From Sulfolobus acidocaldarius DSM 639 (GTDB lineage Archaea > Thermoproteota > Thermoprotei_A > Sulfolobales > Sulfolobaceae), in NCBI RefSeq assembly GCF_000012285.1, contig NC_007181.1:1860001-1892000 (forward strand): a stretch of 32,000 nucleotides of DNA, written 5' to 3'. Of the stretch, positions 26,421-32,000 are shown piece after piece. The position numbers and the translations under genes were made by a program. Every line of letters starts with the position of its first letter. Positions within the stretch are counted from its first letter, which is position 1. A model generated the notes under the pieces. The model did not search any database and had not been told where the DNA came from. It saw only the letters and a program-made list of their open reading frames with translations.

Positions 26421-27035
26421 ATGGCACAAAAAGTTTTAGATGTGAGAAAATATTCACCCACTGTAAGACATAGCCTTATCTTGGAAGAGTTTGAGAGACT
26501 TAAACCTGGTGAAGGAATGTACATAATTAACGACCATGAACCAGTACATTTACTTCACTTTTTATCCCATAGAGACGATTTCGATATCAATGCTTATCAT
26601 GCAAAGGAGGAAGAGGAAGGTAAGTGGATAGCTTTTCTAAAGAAGAAAGAGGTTCAGGGTGAGGCTAGAGCCATTGTCACGAACTTCGATAGTAACAAGA
26701 AACTATCAGAAACGTCATTCACACCCATCCAGATCTTCAGGACAAACACTTATGCGGTAATACTAGCGTACTTTAAGCCCGGACAGTTCATTCCGGTTCA
26801 TAAACCGAGTATTGATGTAATCCTTCTGATAAGAAAAGGTAAAGGTGTGGTTGTAGCTGGAGATAATAAGTACAATGTAAAGGAAGGTGATTTAGTGATA
26901 GTGCCTAGAGGAGTTAAGAGGGGTGTCTTAGCTGAGACTGAAATGGAAATACTTCATATAGTGTCTCCTCCACCAAATGAAAGAGATCATGAGGAAGTTG
27001 AAGAGGGTCTTAGAAAAGGTAAATTTGAGGGTTAG
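26421..27035 (+). CDS. DUF2249 domain fused to a C-terminal cupin domain
   Basis: 204 aa. The N-terminus LDVRKYSPTVRHSLILEEFERLKPGEGMYIINDHEPVHLL matches the DUF2249 pattern. The C-terminal segment VHKP...GDLVIVPRGVKRG is cupin-like. Confidence 0.65.
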   Translation: MAQKVLDVRKYSPTVRHSLILEEFERLKPGEGMYIINDHEPVHLLHFLSHRDDFDINAYHAKEEEEGKWIAFLKKKEVQGEARAIVTNFDSNKKLSETSFTPIQIFRTNTYAVILAYFKPGQFIPVHKPSIDVILLIRKGKGVVVAGDNKYNVKEGDLVIVPRGVKRGVLAETEMEILHIVSPPPNERDHEEVEEGLRKGKFEG

Positions 27036-27037
27036 AA

Positions 27038-27406
27038 TTGACTGTGAATGTGGATGAGTGGAAAAAGAAGATAATGGAGGGACTAAAGGATGTATATGAC
27101 CCAGAAATACCTATAGACATCGTTAACCTTGGGTTAATATACGAGCTGAGGATTTCAGAGGAGGGGGATGTATACATAAGGGTGGGTGTAACCACCCCTT
27201 ATTGTCCCGTTACTGAGGATATTGCTTACACTGTAGAGCAGGTCATAAAGGAAACTGTAAATGCTAAGAGCATAAATGTGGAACTAGACCTAGATACCAG
27301 ATGGACACCATTAATGATGACTGATGAGGGTAAGGAGACGTTCAAAAAGAGATTTGGATACGATATTGTCCAAATGTGGAAGATGCAACACGGGGAAGAA
27401 CAATGA
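27038..27406 (+). CDS. DUF59 / SufT-MIP18-like Fe-S assembly-related protein
   Basis: 122 aa. Contains VYDPEIPIDIVNLGLIY and TTPYCPV. The start is uncertain (TTG 27038, GTG 27044 or ATG 27074). Confidence 0.7.
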   Translation: MTVNVDEWKKKIMEGLKDVYDPEIPIDIVNLGLIYELRISEEGDVYIRVGVTTPYCPVTEDIAYTVEQVIKETVNAKSINVELDLDTRWTPLMMTDEGKETFKKRFGYDIVQMWKMQHGEEQ

Positions 27407-28473
27407 GGGTTGGAATGCTACTTCTCCTTGAAGGCTTTATTATTCTTCTTTTCGGAGGTATCCCTGCAGTTCTGACATTTATGGATATGCAAGGATTTCC
27501 CTACCCTTTGCCCACAACATTCTTTGAGTTCCACTGGTTTATAATGATCTATGGGTTCTTCCTAACCATTATAGGTAATGAAATACTTGTGGCTTTAAGC
27601 ATGGAGTGGAAGGGTGAGCAGGCACCAGATTATTACGTTATAGGATTCGCCGTAACTGTATTGGTTTCACTGCTCTTGTCCTCAACTCCTTATAGCTTTT
27701 ACCTAGTCCTCCTTGCCTTAGGAATGTTAATATACCACTCAAGGATTTACCTCAGTCCCTCTAAACTGGGGTTAAGACCGACTACCTACAATTACCTGTT
27801 ATTCGTGACCCTAATCTTAACAGTTTTTGTCACAGCTTTTCAAATATTCCTGGATTTGCCCTGGATTTCCCTGATCTTCCCCACCCTAACTATCTTTTCA
27901 GTAATGAGCAGAGATATAGGTTTAGTCTTTGGAGGGAGGTTGATAAAGGATAAAGAGATAGTGTTTGCTTACGCTTTTCTCCTATTGGGTTTACTTGTTT
28001 ACCCTAACTGGACATCATCTCTACTCATATTTGCAGGATGGTTCCTTTCATTCCACGGATCTGGATTAGTAAAGGCAAGGGGTAGAGTTTATCCAAAAGT
28101 TAGTCTATCCATTGCCTGGACCTGGTTACTATTGTCCTCGATATTCTCTCTCACTAGTTATGATGCCTTCATACATAGTATTGCAGTTGGCTTCCTATTC
28201 AACACAGTTTTTGGTGTCGATGTAGTTCTAATAGATATGCTCATCTCAGCTACAGGTGTTCACGTCAAGGTGAAACCCTCTTATATCCCAATAATACTCC
28301 TCAACTTAGGTTTATTGACTAGGGTCATATTTGATATGGGATTTACTTCCCCTTTATTACTGTTGTCAGCCCCTCTTCAGGGAATAGGGATATTATCGTT
28401 CTACCTGAATACCTTCAGACAAGTCTTCAAGCAAATAAGAAAAACACCGCAAGTAGAAAAGCGAGTTCAGTGA
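27403..28473 (+). CDS. NnrS-like polytopic membrane protein (tentative)
   Basis: 356 aa from ATG 27403, which forms an ATGA overlap with the DUF59 stop. About 11-12 hydrophobic segments. FHWFIMIYGFFLTIIGNE and IHSIAVGFLF resemble the conserved His-containing helices of the NnrS family. Confidence 0.45.
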   Translation: MRVGMLLLLEGFIILLFGGIPAVLTFMDMQGFPYPLPTTFFEFHWFIMIYGFFLTIIGNEILVALSMEWKGEQAPDYYVIGFAVTVLVSLLLSSTPYSFYLVLLALGMLIYHSRIYLSPSKLGLRPTTYNYLLFVTLILTVFVTAFQIFLDLPWISLIFPTLTIFSVMSRDIGLVFGGRLIKDKEIVFAYAFLLLGLLVYPNWTSSLLIFAGWFLSFHGSGLVKARGRVYPKVSLSIAWTWLLLSSIFSLTSYDAFIHSIAVGFLFNTVFGVDVVLIDMLISATGVHVKVKPSYIPIILLNLGLLTRVIFDMGFTSPLLLLSAPLQGIGILSFYLNTFRQVFKQIRKTPQVEKRVQ

Positions 28474-28774
28474 ACTCATAAATGGAATATGCATTATAAA
28501 ACCCTGAGCCGTACTGTCTCTCCCCTTTAAATATATAGTAAGAACCACCCGTCACATGGGTGATCAGGAAGAATACGGTGAAAGTAGAGAAGAGGAGATC
28601 AGAGTGTAATAAACTAATTACGGCAGTTAGATACGTGTAATAGAAAATCTCAAACAATGCTAGTGGTACTCCCAACCTTTTGCTAATTGTTTTATTTTTA
28701 AGTAATGCTAAGGTACCAATCCAACTATGTTCAATTATCATAATTGTCGAAAGGGAGATGATTAAGAAATTCAT
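28427..28774 (-). CDS. Small membrane protein, unknown function
   Basis: 115 aa with 3-4 hydrophobic segments and an ATG start. It is convergent with the NnrS-like gene and overlaps its 3-prime end by 47 nt. Confidence 0.35.
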   Translation of the reverse strand: MNFLIISLSTIMIIEHSWIGTLALLKNKTISKRLGVPLALFEIFYYTYLTAVISLLHSDLLFSTFTVFFLITHVTGGSYYIFKGERQYGSGFYNAYSIYEFTELAFLLAVFFLFA

Positions 28775-28916
28775 GGAATAGAGAAATAAATTTTTGTACT
28801 AATAATAAATAGGGCTAAAAGGTAAGGTGAGGTACAGGATCTAAAATACCTTCAATCAAAAGTTATACAGTCTGCAATTTAAGGCTTATAAGGTTAAGTT
28901 CAGTCAGAGAAAATAT

Positions 28917-29570
28917 TCACTCAAATATTGTTAGAGCGTTTTCCCTAAAAATTTGAAGGTGTTTACTCATTCTCCTCTCAATAAGGGACTTGGGTAGAGA
29001 GCCATTATACCTCACTGTCAACCTCACCATACTCCCTAATTCCCTCTTACTCACTAGAAACTCGGTCAGTATTAACATTAGACTTCCCTTAAAGCCAATA
29101 TATTTAATGAGGAATTTGTTAGCTCCCTTCACCCTATTCATTACATATGGAACGTTTTTCACACTTATAAGTCCTGAGAACTTAAAATCGATCAGATAGG
29201 AATTTCTCTTTACCCTGTTAACAGACTCCAACTCAGGTATAAAGGTCTTGAAAATAAAGGCATTTGAGAGCCTACTAATAACTTTATTCACGTTATAGGG
29301 CAATGCCACTTCAGTGGAAAGACTAACCTTGAGTTGCTCATTCCTTCTTTCAACTTTGAAGACAACTCTTCCGTTTTCATCTCTTTCCTCTCCGTAGTAC
29401 CCTATCATTTCAATCAACTTTCTTATCATTTCAACTAGATCTCTGTTGTCAGCTTTAACATGCACTAAGATTATAGGCTTTGAAGTTAGAAACGCCTTAA
29501 GGACTCTAAACTTACACTCTTGCTCATCTAGTCTAGTGAGGTCAACGTATTTTGTATTAGGTTTGGACAT
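28917..29570 (-). CDS. Hypothetical protein (possible TusA/DUF2249-like N-domain plus beta-rich C-domain)
   Basis: 217 aa with an ATG start preceded by a very AT-rich region. No diagnostic motif. The domain guess rests only on sequence pattern (VDLTRLDEQECKF...). Confidence 0.5.
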   Translation of the reverse strand: MSKPNTKYVDLTRLDEQECKFRVLKAFLTSKPIILVHVKADNRDLVEMIRKLIEMIGYYGEERDENGRVVFKVERRNEQLKVSLSTEVALPYNVNKVISRLSNAFIFKTFIPELESVNRVKRNSYLIDFKFSGLISVKNVPYVMNRVKGANKFLIKYIGFKGSLMLILTEFLVSKRELGSMVRLTVRYNGSLPKSLIERRMSKHLQIFRENALTIFE

Positions 29571-29943
29571 ATTCTTAACTTTATATATTTGTATTATAAA
29601 AATTTAAACTTTTTGTTGTTTTTAAACTTGTATTTCAATGTTATGTTAACATTTTAAAATGGAGATTTTTGATTATAACTGGAGTGAGGTTGAGAGAAGG
29701 ACGCAGAGTATGTTAACCGTAAATTGTGGACTCTCAGTATTTAGGTCTATACCTATTCACTATGGGTAAGATAACTTTTCCCTTGAGTCTTGTTGCTTGC
29801 TTTAATTTAGGGCTTAATCACGATAATTAAAATATAAGCTAATTCCTTGCTAAACATTTGAGCTAAAGGCAACCAGAACCTAATACTTTTATACGATAAT
29901 GTATATTACCCTCTAGACAGTAAAAACTTATCCAACTCAATTA

Positions 29944-31080
29944 CTATACTACGATACTTTTCAGCCTTCTCAGAATTATGTAGTATAGAACTGCAGATGA
30001 GAACCCAAAGAGGGAAATTGAGCCCCACAGTCCCAATGGATAATAAAGGTAATAGTTCATCAACTCACTGGATACAGAGGACCCGATAACTCTTCCCAGC
30101 CCAGTAACCATACTGTAGAGTCCCATTTGCTTACCTCTTGTGTCCTTATTGGCTAAAGTGTTCGCTAGAGCCTGAGAAATTGGGGTAACGATCATTTCAG
30201 CAATCGTTATGAATACCACATCTAACATTGCAACATATAAATTAGTAATGAAAGCTATGGCTAGATAAGCCAAGCCGTACATTACCATCCCGAAAGAAAT
30301 TAGCTTAACCTTACTTCCTATCAGTCTACCTGCTAAATCCTGAAAGGCTACAATAAGCAGTCCATTTATGGCAAACAGTATTCCCACTTCAAATTCAGTA
30401 AAGTGCAGTATAGTATTGTAGTAAGTGAGTATGGAGAAACCTAACTGACCTACTATCGCAAATGTCAGGAAAGTTGGTATTAGGAACGTTAAAAATTCTT
30501 TATTAAGATTAAAGTTCAAAATACTACCAGCTCCCTTAAAATCAGGTAGTATTTTAACTATAGGTATAATAATTAAGACTAGTAATGAAGAGATCAGTAA
30601 TAGCGTCCTAAAGCTAAAGAATGTGAATATGTAACCACCTACTAGAGGTCCTAACGCCCATCCAGCATTTATCCCTACCCTCTGTCTGCTGTAAGCTTTA
30701 ATCAGTTGGCTAGTGCCCTTATACATATCCCCTACTATGGCTGTGGACGAAACGTTGTATACTGTATTAAAGAAACTCTGAAACAAAATAAATACCATCA
30801 CATAGAGAGGCATGTTTAGGACGTATGCAAGAAGTAATGCAATAGATGAAAATAGAATTGAAAGAGCCATACTCCTTTTCCTTCCCAAGTAGTCTGTTAT
30901 GATTCCTCCAGATATGGAGGCTATGACATTCACAACTGCCTGAACCAGATAGAATAATGACACCACTGATAAGGGCAGTCCATACACCTTATAAAGGGCA
31001 AACCCAACATATGGCCAAATAATGGATCCACTGAATGACCTAAATCCGCCTATTAGGGCTAACTTATTTATGTTGTTCAT
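29944..31080 (-). CDS. MFS transporter
   Basis: 378 aa from ATG 31080 (the track start 31101 is TTG). About 12 hydrophobic segments, with the loop DYLGRKRS. Confidence 0.75.
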   Translation of the reverse strand: MNNINKLALIGGFRSFSGSIIWPYVGFALYKVYGLPLSVVSLFYLVQAVVNVIASISGGIITDYLGRKRSMALSILFSSIALLLAYVLNMPLYVMVFILFQSFFNTVYNVSSTAIVGDMYKGTSQLIKAYSRQRVGINAGWALGPLVGGYIFTFFSFRTLLLISSLLVLIIIPIVKILPDFKGAGSILNFNLNKEFLTFLIPTFLTFAIVGQLGFSILTYYNTILHFTEFEVGILFAINGLLIVAFQDLAGRLIGSKVKLISFGMVMYGLAYLAIAFITNLYVAMLDVVFITIAEMIVTPISQALANTLANKDTRGKQMGLYSMVTGLGRVIGSSVSSELMNYYLYYPLGLWGSISLFGFSSAVLYYIILRRLKSIVV

Positions 31081-31244
31081 TTTATATAATGAAACTGCCA
31101 AGATGTAATAAAGTTGTGTTATTTACTAATTGAGATTCGATTTGATAAAGTATTGAATTCTCATGTTTAACTGTGCTAATTATTAATGAATTTAGTACCA
31201 AAGTTGTGTAAAATTCTGCGTCATGAAAATATAATCATTTATTT

Positions 31245-32000
31245 TTACTGCTTAGGAAGAAATTGTTCCGAAAATTTTTGATATGATTTGTCATCGTAGT
31301 AACCTATGATTACCTTTCTCCTTAATGATGGAATATTTATGTATCTGCTAGCATCGTCATGCTTCTCTAAATCAATAAAAACATTATTGCCGAGGCTTAA
31401 GACAATATTATCTGTTGGCATACTGACGTCGGCTGAATAAACAAGTACTTTACCCTTCACATCCTTTATAAAATTGTAGAGCTCCCTCTCTCTATCTCTA
31501 TCATTCATGGCCATGGAGAAAAAATTAGCTTGATCATATTCGAGTACTTTTTTCCTGTATTTTACCCTTTTATAAAGGGTTTCATATAATCTACTGTATG
31601 TTTCGCTTCTATCTCTTATTTCATGAAGTTTACTAATAATGAAGTTGTCTGTGAAACCTAGAAATTGATCGCATTCCTTTATATTATCAACAGTTATAAT
31701 CTGGTCCATCATCATTTTTGCGATAGTGTATGCCATAACTGAGTTGAATATACCAACAACAGGATGGTTATAAATAGCGGAGTACATGTGATATCTTGCC
31801 ATTAAATATTCCTCTAAATCGTCTCTTCCTTTTATGTTAAACACATATTTACCGTCAGAACCCCTTATTTCAACTGTCTCTAATATTCTATCTAAAGGAA
31901 TTTGTCCATATTTAACACCAAAATAATATGAATCTCGTTGCAGGTAGTCCAACCTATCTGCATCTAAGCTCGAGTTAAGTATAGCTTTAATAGTTTTTGT
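31245..32000 (-). CDS. C-terminal part of an HD-domain phosphohydrolase (SAMHD1/dGTPase-like); N-terminus lies right of the window
   Basis: The frame stays open to the window edge: ...KTIKAILNSSLDADRLDYLQRDSYYFGVKYG. The DADRLDYLxRD motif is characteristic of this HD subfamily. Confidence 0.7.
   Translation of the reverse strand, partial: TKTIKAILNSSLDADRLDYLQRDSYYFGVKYGQIPLDRILETVEIRGSDGKYVFNIKGRDDLEEYLMARYHMYSAIYNHPVVGIFNSVMAYTIAKMMMDQIITVDNIKECDQFLGFTDNFIISKLHEIRDRSETYSRLYETLYKRVKYRKKVLEYDQANFFSMAMNDRDRERELYNFIKDVKGKVLVYSADVSMPTDNIVLSLGNNVFIDLEKHDDASRYINIPSLRRKVIIGYYDDKSYQKFSEQFLPKQ

Noticed and set aside
11777-29199. Antisense or overlapping track ORFs in the metabolic region (11777..12055, 12923..13138, 13274..13498, 13923..14114, 16627..16917, 17158..17349, 17614..17814, 19650..20081, 20220..20405, 20490..20678, 20907..21410, 21696..22040, 22689..22898, 23459..23665, 24515..24703, 27010..27195, 28990..29199)
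   Set aside because: Each is embedded opposite a well-supported gene or spans its promoter, and none has a recognisable motif. They are treated as non-coding shadows.

Overview
This is an AT-rich, gene-dense window that looks archaeal. A/T-rich TATA-like boxes sit about 22-33 nt upstream of first-gene ATGs, and many gene junctions overlap (ATGA type). The protein set resembles thermoacidophilic Crenarchaeota (Sulfolobales-like), but that assignment is inference. No searches were run; every family call rests on motifs read in the translations.

The window has three blocks.

(1) 1364-9347, minus strand: a tightly coupled nine-gene type III CRISPR-Cas effector operon, III-D-like. Gene order is cas11-like small subunit, cas7, cas7, divergent RAMP, 71-aa acidic ORF, cas10, cas7, csx10-like cas5, cas7. 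The window contains no CRISPR array, no cas1/2/4 and no recognisable CARF effector. One cas7 paralog carries an in-frame TAA inside its most conserved motif. cas6 survives only as a 3-prime fragment. The module is flanked by 0.9-1.1 kb stretches with no convincing genes.

(2) 11167-24236: a catabolic island with UbiD-family decarboxylase, cyclase-family hydrolase, Zn-ADH, MFS transporter, Rieske oxygenase alpha and beta subunits, HTH_10 regulator, acyl-CoA synthetase, crotonase and a molybdopterin hydroxylase large subunit. The gene content echoes aromatic or furoate-type acid degradation.

(3) 25365-28473: a five-gene operon of two hemerythrin-like proteins, a DUF2249-cupin fusion, a DUF59 protein and an NnrS-like membrane protein.

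The remainder is two unknown membrane proteins, an unknown 217-aa protein, a second MFS transporter, and partial genes at both window edges (hydantoinase B tail on the left, SAMHD1-like HD phosphohydrolase on the right).

I see nothing I can defend as a wholly new system. The most checkable oddities are the interrupted cas7, the small ORF wedged in front of cas10, the displaced HD domain of Cas10, and the orphan composition of the catabolic island.
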